A DNA stretch of 32,000 nucleotides, taken from NCBI RefSeq assembly GCF_900167395.1, contig NZ_FUWK01000001.1, positions 150,001 to 182,000 of the forward strand. The letters run 5' to 3'. The position numbers and the translations under genes were made by a program. The notes under the pieces are model-generated. The model was not told where the DNA came from. It did not search any database and worked only from the letters and a program-made list of their open reading frames with translations. This document shows, in pieces, positions 11,061 through 18,911 of the stretch; the stretch's first letter is position 1; every line of letters starts with the position of its first letter. The stretch comes from Nitrosomonas europaea (lineage in GTDB: Bacteria; Pseudomonadota; Gammaproteobacteria; Burkholderiales; Nitrosomonadaceae).

Positions 11061-12797
11061 ATGACCCCTTTACACCAGAAATCCAGGAAAGCTTTCTTAT
11101 CGTTTGATCAAGGCGTTAGCGAGTTTCGACTCAACTATTTGGCTATTGCACAGTATCTGGTCTTTTTCTGTTTTGCACTCACTGTTCTGTCTGCTGCTGC
11201 GGAAAACCGGCCTGTAGCGGTCAGTGCAGATGCAATACGTGAGCAGCTGGCAAAAAACGCCTGGGAGGGAGTGAATGAAGCGGAACTGATAAAGCTGCGG
11301 CATTTTTACGCACAACGCGACTATCAGCCGGTCTGGGCTCTGAAAGAAGATTCTGGTGTGTTACTGGATACAGCACTGACCTTTATCGGACGAGCCGATG
11401 AAGAGGGCTTGGCAAGCAGTGATTACCATATCGAAACGTTACGCCGGTGGCGTGCGGAATCTCCCGATCAGGTTTCTCTTCCGCTCGAACTGGGTACGAC
11501 CCGGTCCCTGCTGGCGCTGGTACATGACTTGTCCAATGGCCGGCTGACGGCTACCTTGGCTGATCCCGACTGGTACGTTCCACAGCGACGGCTCGACCCG
11601 GTGAATTTCCTGCAGCAAAGTATTGCTTCCGTGGATTCAGCAGAACAACTGGAACAGGTGCTGGCGAGCTTGCCACCCAATATGCCGCAATATCACACGC
11701 TCAAACGGTTGCTGGTCAGGTTGCGTATTCTGGTTGCTGCCGGTACGGTATGGACGCGAATACCGGATGATATTCCCTCGATTCATCCCCGAACCAGACA
11801 CGCGGCCATCCCGTTGATCCGTCAGCGTATCAGGGAAGCGTACTCTGTTTTTGAAAAGCCGGAATATGACATCGCCAGTGACGACAGCGAGCTGTACGAT
11901 GACCAGCTGGAAACAGCGATCAAAGCCTTTCAGTATCAGTATGGACTGAATACCGATGGTGTCGTCGGTAAAAATACCCGACGAGCCATGAACATGACAG
12001 CGGTCGAACATATTCAGCAGCTGCGCATTACACTTGAACGGCTGCGCTGGCTACCCAGGGAATTCAGTAATCGTTACATCCTGGTCAACATCGCCGGGTT
12101 CAATCTGGCGGCAATCCGGAATAATGTGCGCGTGCTGAACATGCGTATCGTGGTCGGGCGTGATTATCGCTCAACACCAAGTTTCAACAGCCGGATTTCG
12201 CACCTGGTTCTCAACCCGTACTGGAACGTACCCGCAAGTATCGCCAGTAAGGATTTGTTGCCAAAACAGAAACACAATCCGGATTATTTCGCTTCCGAAG
12301 GGATTCGAGTGTTTTCCGATTATCATTACGAACTTGAGCTGGATCCCGATGCCATTGACTGGCACGCGTTCAGCCGGTCGTTTCCCTATGTTCTGCGGCA
12401 GGATCCCGGTAAAAGGAATGCGCTTGGCACGATCAAGTTCATGTTTCCCAATCCTTTCAGCATCTATCTGCACGATACCCCTTCGAAATCGCTGTTCCAG
12501 AGGGATATCCGTACCTTCAGTTCAGGCTGTATCCGTCTGGAAAAACCGATGCAACTGGCGGAATTCGTACTGGGGCCATCTTTTGAAAAAGCCAATATTC
12601 TGGAGAAAATCGATAGCGGTAAGACACAAACCGTGCATTTACCTGAACCGATTCCTGTTTATTTGTTGTATCTGACCGCCTGGAATGACGGGCAGGGCGA
12701 AGTCCACTTTTCAGCTGATGTCTACGGGCGCGACAAACGGGCACTGGCTTATGCCCGCTGGTTGCAGCCGGAGCCGCACCTGTCACAATCTTTTTAA
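11061..12797 (+). CDS. ldtD: L,D-transpeptidase, YcbB/LdtD family (PG-binding domain plus YkuD catalytic domain)
   Basis: The PG_binding_1 segment is LETAIKAFQYQYGLNTDGVVGKNTRRAMN. The YkuD active site is IYLHDTPSKSLFQRDIRTFSSGCIRLEKP. An N-terminal hydrophobic signal/anchor is present. The ORF-track start at 11058 is TTG, so I use the adjacent ATG at 11061. Confidence 0.85.
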   Translation: MTPLHQKSRKAFLSFDQGVSEFRLNYLAIAQYLVFFCFALTVLSAAAENRPVAVSADAIREQLAKNAWEGVNEAELIKLRHFYAQRDYQPVWALKEDSGVLLDTALTFIGRADEEGLASSDYHIETLRRWRAESPDQVSLPLELGTTRSLLALVHDLSNGRLTATLADPDWYVPQRRLDPVNFLQQSIASVDSAEQLEQVLASLPPNMPQYHTLKRLLVRLRILVAAGTVWTRIPDDIPSIHPRTRHAAIPLIRQRIREAYSVFEKPEYDIASDDSELYDDQLETAIKAFQYQYGLNTDGVVGKNTRRAMNMTAVEHIQQLRITLERLRWLPREFSNRYILVNIAGFNLAAIRNNVRVLNMRIVVGRDYRSTPSFNSRISHLVLNPYWNVPASIASKDLLPKQKHNPDYFASEGIRVFSDYHYELELDPDAIDWHAFSRSFPYVLRQDPGKRNALGTIKFMFPNPFSIYLHDTPSKSLFQRDIRTFSSGCIRLEKPMQLAEFVLGPSFEKANILEKIDSGKTQTVHLPEPIPVYLLYLTAWNDGQGEVHFSADVYGRDKRALAYARWLQPEPHLSQSF

Positions 12798-12823
12798 ATC
12801 TGGCACGACCATGGAGGATAACA

Positions 12824-13405
12824 ATGTCCAAACTTATCATTACTGATAATCTGGAAATGCTCACTGAACAGGGTGCCACCCGCCGCCGGCTGCTGCAGGC
12901 CGGTCTGGGTGCCTGCGCACTGCTTGCCATGCCGGCAGCCAATGCGGCTTATTCCCGTGTTTATGAAAAACGAGTGTCTTTGCTGAATCTGCATACAGGC
13001 GAGCGAGTCAGAACCGCCTATTGGGAGCGGGGAAAATACATCCCCGAAGCGCTGCGAATGATTGAAAAAGTGTTACGTGATCATCGATCCGGCGATATTC
13101 ACCGGATCGATCCGAGATTACTCGATCTGATGCAGCACTTGCATCACAAGACTGGAAATTCAAAGGAATTTCAAGTAGTTTCGGGATATCGCTCACCGGC
13201 CACCAATGCTGCTCTCTCGGTACAAAGTCATGGGGTAGCCAAGAACAGTCTGCACATGCAGGGCAAGGCAATCGACATCCGCCTGCCCGGTGTCCCGCTC
13301 CATGTTTTGCGCCGGGCAGCAATGTCGATGCATGCCGGCGGAGTTGGCTATTATCCGAAGTCGAATTTCATTCATATCGATACCGGCAATGTTCGCTACT
13401 GGTAA
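12824..13405 (+). CDS. mepK: DUF882 / peptidase M15A family murein endopeptidase (YcbK/MepK-like) with Tat signal
   Basis: 193 aa. The twin-arginine leader is ATRRRLLQAGLGACALLAMPAANA. Zn-peptidase-like motifs are SGYRSPATN, HMQGKAIDI and IHIDTG. GGAGGA lies 5 nt upstream of the ATG. It is adjacent to ldtD, as in E. coli ycbB-ycbK. Confidence 0.8.
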   Translation: MSKLIITDNLEMLTEQGATRRRLLQAGLGACALLAMPAANAAYSRVYEKRVSLLNLHTGERVRTAYWERGKYIPEALRMIEKVLRDHRSGDIHRIDPRLLDLMQHLHHKTGNSKEFQVVSGYRSPATNAALSVQSHGVAKNSLHMQGKAIDIRLPGVPLHVLRRAAMSMHAGGVGYYPKSNFIHIDTGNVRYW

Positions 13406-13454
13406 CCATGGTTCTCCCGACCCTGAAACTGGCCGGGGGGTTGTATAAACTGGT

Positions 13455-14321
13455 TTACAACACGTTGATCGGTATTTTCAGATACACCCTACCGTTATCT
13501 TCGGCGGGCGGCATTTGTCCCGCCCGCACGTTGACCTGAACAGATGGCAGGATCAGCACCGGCATTTCCAGAGTAGCATCACGCGCGGTGCGCATCGCAA
13601 CGAATCCGTCCTCGTTGATACCATCGTGCACATGAATGTTGTGTGCTCGTTGTTCAGCAACTGTACTCTCCCACTGTATCGGGCGATCGCCGGGCGGATA
13701 GTCGTGACACATGAACAGCCTCGTTTCCGGCGGATACTGATCCAGCAGTTTACGAATGGAACGATAAAGCTGCCGGGCATCCCCGCCAGGGAAATCAGCA
13801 CGGGCCGTTCCCACATCCGGCATGAACATCGTATCGCCGATAAAAATCGCATCCCCGAACTGGTAGGCCATATCAGCCGGTGTATGTCCAGGCACAAAAA
13901 TGGCCCTGCCTTTCAGCTCACCTACTTCAAAGGTATCCCCATCGTCGAACAGATGATCGAACTGTGAGCCATCCGGCTGGAAATCCGGCCCCATGTTGAA
14001 CAGTTTCTTGAATACCTGCTGCACGCCTGAAATCCGGCTGCCAATAGCGACTTTTCCACCCAGCTCCTGCTGAAGATAATGAGCAGAGGAAAGATGGTCG
14101 GCATGGGCATGAGTTTCGAGAATCCAGTCTACTGTCAGTTCTTTCGAATGTACAAATTTGATCAGCACATCGGCAGAATGATGCTTGGTTCTTCCGGACT
14201 TGGGGTCGTAGTCGAGCACCGGATCGATAATGGCGCAGTGCCCACCTGGCTTGTCGAATACAACATAGCTGACCGTCCACGTAACTGGATCAAAGAATGC
14301 TTGGATATTGGGTTGCATCAT
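13455..14321 (-). CDS. MBL-fold metallohydrolase, persulfide dioxygenase-like (ETHE1-related, long ~290-aa proteobacterial type)
   Basis: 288 aa with the HxHxDH motif ETHAHADHLS, a downstream VPGHTPADMAY and a C-terminal extension. It is divergent from an operon containing SQR, YeeE/YedE, a BigR-like repressor and TauE. The functional call rests on family resemblance plus context. Confidence 0.75.
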   Translation of the reverse strand: MMQPNIQAFFDPVTWTVSYVVFDKPGGHCAIIDPVLDYDPKSGRTKHHSADVLIKFVHSKELTVDWILETHAHADHLSSAHYLQQELGGKVAIGSRISGVQQVFKKLFNMGPDFQPDGSQFDHLFDDGDTFEVGELKGRAIFVPGHTPADMAYQFGDAIFIGDTMFMPDVGTARADFPGGDARQLYRSIRKLLDQYPPETRLFMCHDYPPGDRPIQWESTVAEQRAHNIHVHDGINEDGFVAMRTARDATLEMPVLILPSVQVNVRAGQMPPAEDNGRVYLKIPINVL

Positions 14322-14346
14322 CGGCTCCTTGAATTATTTATATTCG

Positions 14347-14402
14347 TACATTATACTATATAAAAAATTATATTGTTTATAAATATAATGTATTAGTATA
14401 AT
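14347..14402. promoter_or_regulatory. Nested inverted repeats overlapping divergent -10 hexamers (candidate BigR-type operator)
   Basis: TACATTATA (14347-14355) pairs with TATAATGTA (14384-14392). ATTATACTA (14350-14358) pairs with TAGTATAAT (14394-14402). Plus-strand TATAAT hexamers lie at 14384-14389 and 14397-14402, the latter 24 nt before the yeeE ATG. A minus-strand TATAAT lies at 14350-14355, facing the dioxygenase gene. Confidence 0.45.
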
Positions 14403-14425
14403 TTTATCTGTCAAGGAGAACATTT

Positions 14426-14854
14426 ATGATCGACTGGCAATCATTTACCCCTGCCAGCGCATTCACCGGTGGCATGATCATTGGCCTGGCAACGGCTCTG
14501 CTGCTGCTCATCACAGGGCGAATCGCGGGAATATCCGGGATCATCGGCGGACTGGTCGAATTACGTAGAGGAGATTTCGCATGGCGAGCTGCCTTCGTCA
14601 GCGGATTATTGCTCGCCCCGTGGCTATGGCAGTGGCTGGGAGAATTACCGCCGGTTCACATTGAAACCAGCCATACTGTACTTGCGTTAGCCGGGCTGGC
14701 GGTCGGGATAGGAACCCGTTATGGTTCCGGCTGTACCAGCGGCCACGGTGTCTGCGGTCTGTCGCGGCTTTCACCGCGCTCGATGGTAGCGACAGTTTTG
14801 TTCATGATCATGGGGATGATGGTGGTTTACGTCGTTCGCCACTCCCTGAGTTGA
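14426..14854 (+). CDS. YeeE/YedE family sulfur-compound transport membrane protein (half-size, first of pair)
   Basis: 142 aa with four predicted hydrophobic helices and the conserved GSGCTSGHGVCGLSR motif. AAGGAGA is upstream of the ATG. Confidence 0.8.
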   Translation: MIDWQSFTPASAFTGGMIIGLATALLLLITGRIAGISGIIGGLVELRRGDFAWRAAFVSGLLLAPWLWQWLGELPPVHIETSHTVLALAGLAVGIGTRYGSGCTSGHGVCGLSRLSPRSMVATVLFMIMGMMVVYVVRHSLS

Positions 14855-14881
14855 AAACACATTCACTGAGAAAGGGAAAAC

Positions 14882-15349
14882 ATGCTCATACCGTTCACCG
14901 CATTACTTTCCGGCCTGGTGTTTGGTCTGGGCCTGATACTGTCCGGCATGACCGATCCTGCAAAAGTGCTGTCTTTTCTGGATGTCGCCGGGCTATGGGA
15001 CCCCTCGCTGATGTTTGTCATGCTGGGTGCGATAAGTATCGGGTTTTTTGCCTTCAGAGCAGCAAAACGGCGCGGCCGAACGCTGCTGTCCACACCGGTT
15101 CATCTGCCCGGAACCCGCACCGTCGATCTTCGCCTGATCCTGGGCAGTCTGTTGTTCGGTATGGGATGGGGGCTGGTTGGCATCTGTCCTGGTCCAGGGT
15201 TGGTTCTGGCAGCATCGGGTCATACTGGAGGTATCGTATTCATGGTCGCCATGCTGCTGGGCATGTTCATTTTCGATCGGCTGGAAAAACACCGTCAGTC
15301 AGATTCGAATGTAAACTATCGACAACCGGGAAATATTGAAAGAAAATGA
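14882..15349 (+). CDS. YeeE/YedE family membrane protein (half-size, second of pair)
   Basis: 155 aa, hydrophobic, with the GWGLVGICPGPG motif typical of the partner half. The competing ORF 14851..15339 in another frame gives Arg-rich nonsense. Confidence 0.8.
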   Translation: MLIPFTALLSGLVFGLGLILSGMTDPAKVLSFLDVAGLWDPSLMFVMLGAISIGFFAFRAAKRRGRTLLSTPVHLPGTRTVDLRLILGSLLFGMGWGLVGICPGPGLVLAASGHTGGIVFMVAMLLGMFIFDRLEKHRQSDSNVNYRQPGNIERK

Positions 15350-15717
15350 CGGACCAATATACGCAGCCGGATTTCTCGGTCATGGTGGAAAAAAAGGCTT
15401 CCGCAGCCAAAGCCTGCTCCATGCTGAAGATACTGGCCAATGAAGACCGGCTGCTGATCCTGTGTCAACTGATACAAGGAAAAAAAAATGTCGGCGAACT
15501 GGAACAGACACTTGGCATTCGGCAGCCCACCCTGTCACAGCAGCTCACTGTATTGCGTGATGAAAAACTCGTTTCTACCGAACGCCAGGGAAAATATATT
15601 TATTACAGCCTCGCCAGTCCGGAAGCGGTACAAATCATGAATACGCTGTTCAGTGTGTACTGTCAGAATGAGCATCATCATTCTCCGGATGACGTCACTC
15701 ACAACGGCAGACAGTAA
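15346..15717 (+). CDS. bigR: ArsR/SmtB-family winged-helix repressor, BigR/SqrR-like persulfide sensor
   Basis: 123 aa. The HTH region is LKILANEDRLLILCQLIQGKKNVGELEQTLGIRQPTLSQQLTVLRDEKLV…GKYIYYSL. By eye, Cys40 (LILCQL) and Cys106 (SVYCQ) align with the redox Cys pair of BigR. The ATG overlaps the upstream stop (ATGA at 15346-15349). Confidence 0.75.
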   Translation: MTDQYTQPDFSVMVEKKASAAKACSMLKILANEDRLLILCQLIQGKKNVGELEQTLGIRQPTLSQQLTVLRDEKLVSTERQGKYIYYSLASPEAVQIMNTLFSVYCQNEHHHSPDDVTHNGRQ

Positions 15718-15831
15718 ACGGTTCGGCTCCGTCCGGGGTTCGAATCCTGAATATGCTGCCTGCTATCATGCAGCCAGTATGTTGTTACTGGCAGCCTCAG
15801 AAATTTCATCTCTAAACAAGGAGAAAGTACC

Positions 15832-17571
15832 ATGAGCGTAGCTTCTGAAACAAACTGGAAAAAGCTGGATGAAAAAATAGCGATCTCAGGCCAGATCAGT
15901 GTGGACGATGTAGCAGCAATCGCTGCAGCCGGTTACAAATCCATCATTTGTAATCGCCCCGATGGAGAAGGAGGAGAACATCAGCCCGGCAGCACGGAGC
16001 TGGAAGAGGCAGCAAAAGCCGCGGGATTGCAATTTGCTTACTTACCGGTTGAAATCGGCCAGGTTTCAGATGAAAAATGCTCTGCCTTTCACCAGTTGAT
16101 GGCAACCCTGCCCGGGCCGGTGCTGGCTTTCTGCAATTCGGGCAATCGCGCTCGCGCGTTGTACAGTCGTGACGTGGGTACAACCACCACGCCTGCTGAA
16201 ACCATTTCTGCAGCTTGTGACTGGGAACATGAGGCAGCAGCTGTCACCGAAGCAGAGAGTGAGGCAGCCGGTGCCGCCGCAGTGTCGGCTGCGTCTTCCC
16301 GCGATGAAGCGGCAGGCAAATCGATCCCTGTTACACCAGCCTGCAACTGGGATAATGCTTTCGACATCGTGGTGGTGGGAGGCGGCTCAGCCGGCCTGGG
16401 GGTCACTGCCAGCCTGCTGCGCCGGCGTTCATCCCTGCGTATCGCCATCATCGAACCGAATGACAAACATTACTATCAACCTGCCTGGACACTGGTCGGT
16501 GGCGGTGCTTATGCGGTGGATCAAACCGTTCGCAATACGGCCGATGTCATTCCGCACGGCGCTGAGTGGATCAAGGCGGAAGTATCCGGATTTTCCCCGA
16601 ATGACAATCTGGTTCATCTGGCCGATGGCCGCACCATCGGCTATCAGCAGCTGATCGTATGTCCCGGTATTCGTCTCGCCTGGGAAAAAATAGAAGGTAT
16701 TCAGGAAACGCTCGGCAAGAACGGTGTCACCTCCAACTACCTATTCGATCTGGCACCGTACACCTGGTCACTGACACAACAGCTCAAAGGTGGCAAGGCG
16801 CTGTTTACACAACCCCCCATGCCGATCAAATGTGCCGGGGCACCGCAGAAAGCAATGTACTTGTCTTGTGATTACTGGCAGCGCCAGGGTGTTCTGGACA
16901 AAATCGAGGTCGAATTCGATTCGGCCGGGGCGGTACTGTTTGGCGTGGCCGATTTCGTTCCGCCGCTGATGGAATATGTCCGTAAATACCATGCCAATCT
17001 GGTATTCAATTCCAATCTGGTCAAGGTCAACGGCCCGGAAAAAATTGCTACCTTCGAAATCAAGAATGAAGCGGGGGAAGTTACGCGCGTGGATAAACCC
17101 TTCGATATGCTGCATGTCACACCACCCCAGGCAGCACCGGATTTCCTGCGTGATAGTCCGTTGGCAGATGCCAGTGGTTACTGTGAAGTTAACCCAAAAA
17201 CGTTGCAACATACCCGTTTCGCTAATATTTTCTCTTTGGGTGATGCTTGTTCTTCTCCTAATACGAAAACGGCAGCGGCCGTCAGAAAACAGATTGTCAT
17301 TGTCGCTGAGAACCTGCTGGCAGCGAAAGATGGTCGGGAATTCCATGCTGTTTACGATGGATACGGTGCCTGCCCGCTTACGGTTGAAAATGGCAAAGTG
17401 GTGCTGGCCGAATTTGGTTTCGGTGGAAAACTGCTGCCGACATTTCCGCTCAACCCGGCTGTTGCCAGAAAGCTCTACTGGTGGTTCAAAGTCAAACTTT
17501 TCCCGTGGCTGTACTGGGAAGGTATGCTGAAAGGGCGTGAGTGGCTGACGCGCTCCACTGAAACCAAGTAA
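15832..17571 (+). CDS. sqr: Fusion protein: N-terminal DUF442 (TIGR01244, sulfurtransferase/phosphatase-like) plus type II sulfide:quinone oxidoreductase (SQOR-like flavoprotein)
   Basis: 579 aa.
- Residues 1-~114 carry a CNSGNR active-site-like loop (Cys101).
- Residues ~115-175 form an Ala/Glu/Ser-rich linker.
- From FDIVVVGGGSAG the sequence tracks human/type II SQR as I remember it: HYYQPAWTLVGGGA, KCAGAPQKAMYLS, MLHVTPP, LGDACSSPNTKTAAAV, YDGYGACPL, and the C-terminal amphipathic LFPWLYWEGMLKG.
- A strong RBS AAGGAGA is present. Confidence 0.85.
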   Translation: MSVASETNWKKLDEKIAISGQISVDDVAAIAAAGYKSIICNRPDGEGGEHQPGSTELEEAAKAAGLQFAYLPVEIGQVSDEKCSAFHQLMATLPGPVLAFCNSGNRARALYSRDVGTTTTPAETISAACDWEHEAAAVTEAESEAAGAAAVSAASSRDEAAGKSIPVTPACNWDNAFDIVVVGGGSAGLGVTASLLRRRSSLRIAIIEPNDKHYYQPAWTLVGGGAYAVDQTVRNTADVIPHGAEWIKAEVSGFSPNDNLVHLADGRTIGYQQLIVCPGIRLAWEKIEGIQETLGKNGVTSNYLFDLAPYTWSLTQQLKGGKALFTQPPMPIKCAGAPQKAMYLSCDYWQRQGVLDKIEVEFDSAGAVLFGVADFVPPLMEYVRKYHANLVFNSNLVKVNGPEKIATFEIKNEAGEVTRVDKPFDMLHVTPPQAAPDFLRDSPLADASGYCEVNPKTLQHTRFANIFSLGDACSSPNTKTAAAVRKQIVIVAENLLAAKDGREFHAVYDGYGACPLTVENGKVVLAEFGFGGKLLPTFPLNPAVARKLYWWFKVKLFPWLYWEGMLKGREWLTRSTETK

Positions 17572-17577
17572 TTTTTC

Positions 17578-18411
17578 ATGGAAATCCAGTGGCTGGCGAT
17601 ATTGCCCGGTGTTTTTACCGGGCTCGTGCTGGGGCTGACCGGTTCAGGCGGCGCCATCATTGCCGTCCCGCTACTGGTTTTCAGCCTGCATACGACCATT
17701 GCGGAAGCTGCACCGGTTGCCCTGCTGTCGATCGCTGTATCGGCAGCTGTTGCCACCTGTAACGCCTTCATGCAGGGAATCGTCCGTTACCGGGCAGCCG
17801 CTCTTATCGCGAGTACCGGTATGCTGGTCGCACCGGCCGGGATCTGGATTGCCCGGCAACTGCCAGATTTACTGCTGACAGTAGTGTTTTCCGCTGTGCT
17901 GGCTTTTGCAGCCGGCTATATGTACCGCCAGGGCAGGCGATCCGCGCAGCCGGCACCGCCGGAAGAAGCTGTTTACCCGCCCTGTCAGCTCAGTCTGGAA
18001 AGTGGCCGTCTGATATGGACCATACCCTGTGCCAAAGGGTTGCTGTTTTCCGGAGTGGCAACCGGTTTTCTGTCCGGCCTGCTCGGGGTGGGAGGCGGGT
18101 TCATTACCATTCCTGCACTCAGGAAGGTATCGAATCTGCCCATGCAATCTCTGACGGCAACTGCACTTGCCATCACTACACTGATTTCTATCACCGGGGT
18201 CGTTTCGGCCACATCCATGGGCTTCATGAACTGGCCGCTTGCCCTGCCTTTTACTGTGGGAACGGTCATCGGCACGCTGACGGGCAGACGATATGCCCAT
18301 CGTTTCGATGAAGCGAAGCTGCAATACGGTTTTGCCATTCTGGCCTGGTGCATCTCGCTTGGTATGATCGTCAAGGTGGTTTACTCCATCGATTTTTCCG
18401 CCCTTTCTTGA
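17578..18411 (+). CDS. TauE/SafE (DUF81) family anion exporter, probable sulfite exporter
   Basis: 277 aa polytopic membrane protein with the duplicated G-x-x-G-x-G-G-G motif (LTGSGGAII and LLGVGGGFITIP). It starts 7 nt after the sqr stop. Confidence 0.8.
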   Translation: MEIQWLAILPGVFTGLVLGLTGSGGAIIAVPLLVFSLHTTIAEAAPVALLSIAVSAAVATCNAFMQGIVRYRAAALIASTGMLVAPAGIWIARQLPDLLLTVVFSAVLAFAAGYMYRQGRRSAQPAPPEEAVYPPCQLSLESGRLIWTIPCAKGLLFSGVATGFLSGLLGVGGGFITIPALRKVSNLPMQSLTATALAITTLISITGVVSATSMGFMNWPLALPFTVGTVIGTLTGRRYAHRFDEAKLQYGFAILAWCISLGMIVKVVYSIDFSALS

Positions 18412-18500
18412 CAATCCTGCTGCCCGGCAGGGAGAATCCAGCCAACCCTGCTCGACAAAAGCAATTCGCTGATTCGTTTAATAACCTTTTCTGCTCGCTT

Positions 18501-18911
18501 ATGACCGAAAAGAGTGCACAGTCTGCAGACGAGAAATTCCGTATCGACAAATGGCTGTTTGCCGCCCGCTTTTACAAAACGCGTTCACAGGCTGCCGATG
18601 CGGTCGAACGCGGGCAGGTACAGGTCAATGGGATGCGAGCCAAGCCTTCCAGGATTCTGAATACGGGTGACCTGCTTGCTATTCGTATCGGGCCTTATCA
18701 CTACTTGGTAAAAGTGCTGGCGTTGTCCAACCAGCGCAGATCCGCCACTGAAGCTCGCCTGCTTTATCAGGAAACGGAAGAAAGCCGGCAGGCGCGTGAG
18801 GCCGTGGCAGAAAACCTTAAATCGCAGCCGACCCCGCCGCATTACGCCGGTAAAGGCAGACCCACCAAACGTGCCCGGCGTGATCTGGAGCGTTTCATGA
18901 GCGAGAAATGA
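18501..18911 (+). CDS. hslR: Ribosome-associated heat-shock protein Hsp15 (S4 RNA-binding domain)
   Basis: The ORF-track ORF starts at 18348, inside the tauE-like gene. I prefer the ATG at 18501 (MTEKSAQSADEKFRIDKWLFAARFYKTRSQAADAVERGQVQVNG…), which gives a 136-aa product with a basic C-terminal tail typical of Hsp15. Confidence 0.8.
   Translation: MTEKSAQSADEKFRIDKWLFAARFYKTRSQAADAVERGQVQVNGMRAKPSRILNTGDLLAIRIGPYHYLVKVLALSNQRRSATEARLLYQETEESRQAREAVAENLKSQPTPPHYAGKGRPTKRARRDLERFMSEK

Noticed and set aside
14851-15339. 162-aa ORF in an alternative frame over the second YeeE/YedE gene
   Set aside because: Its translation is Arg/His/Ser-rich and non-hydrophobic. The 14882..15349 frame gives a coherent membrane protein with the GICPGPG motif and a proper RBS.
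15737-15747. GGTTCGAATCC, a tRNA T-arm-like 11-mer in the bigR-sqr spacer (possible tRNA remnant or att site)
   Set aside because: The flanking bases do not form a T-stem (GGGG versus CCTG) or an acceptor stem. There is no matching repeat elsewhere in the window and no integrase. It is most likely chance similarity.
16768-18414. Antisense ORFs of 181-192 aa opposite sqr and the tauE-like gene; similar ones opposite ribH/ribBA (26468..27584)
   Set aside because: These are shadow ORFs with no RBS and non-protein-like composition. The sense-strand genes have unambiguous family motifs.
18348-18500. N-terminal extension of the hslR ORF (start at 18348)
   Set aside because: The extension overlaps the end of the tauE-like gene and is not Hsp15-like. 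The ATG at 18501 gives the canonical S4-domain N-terminus.
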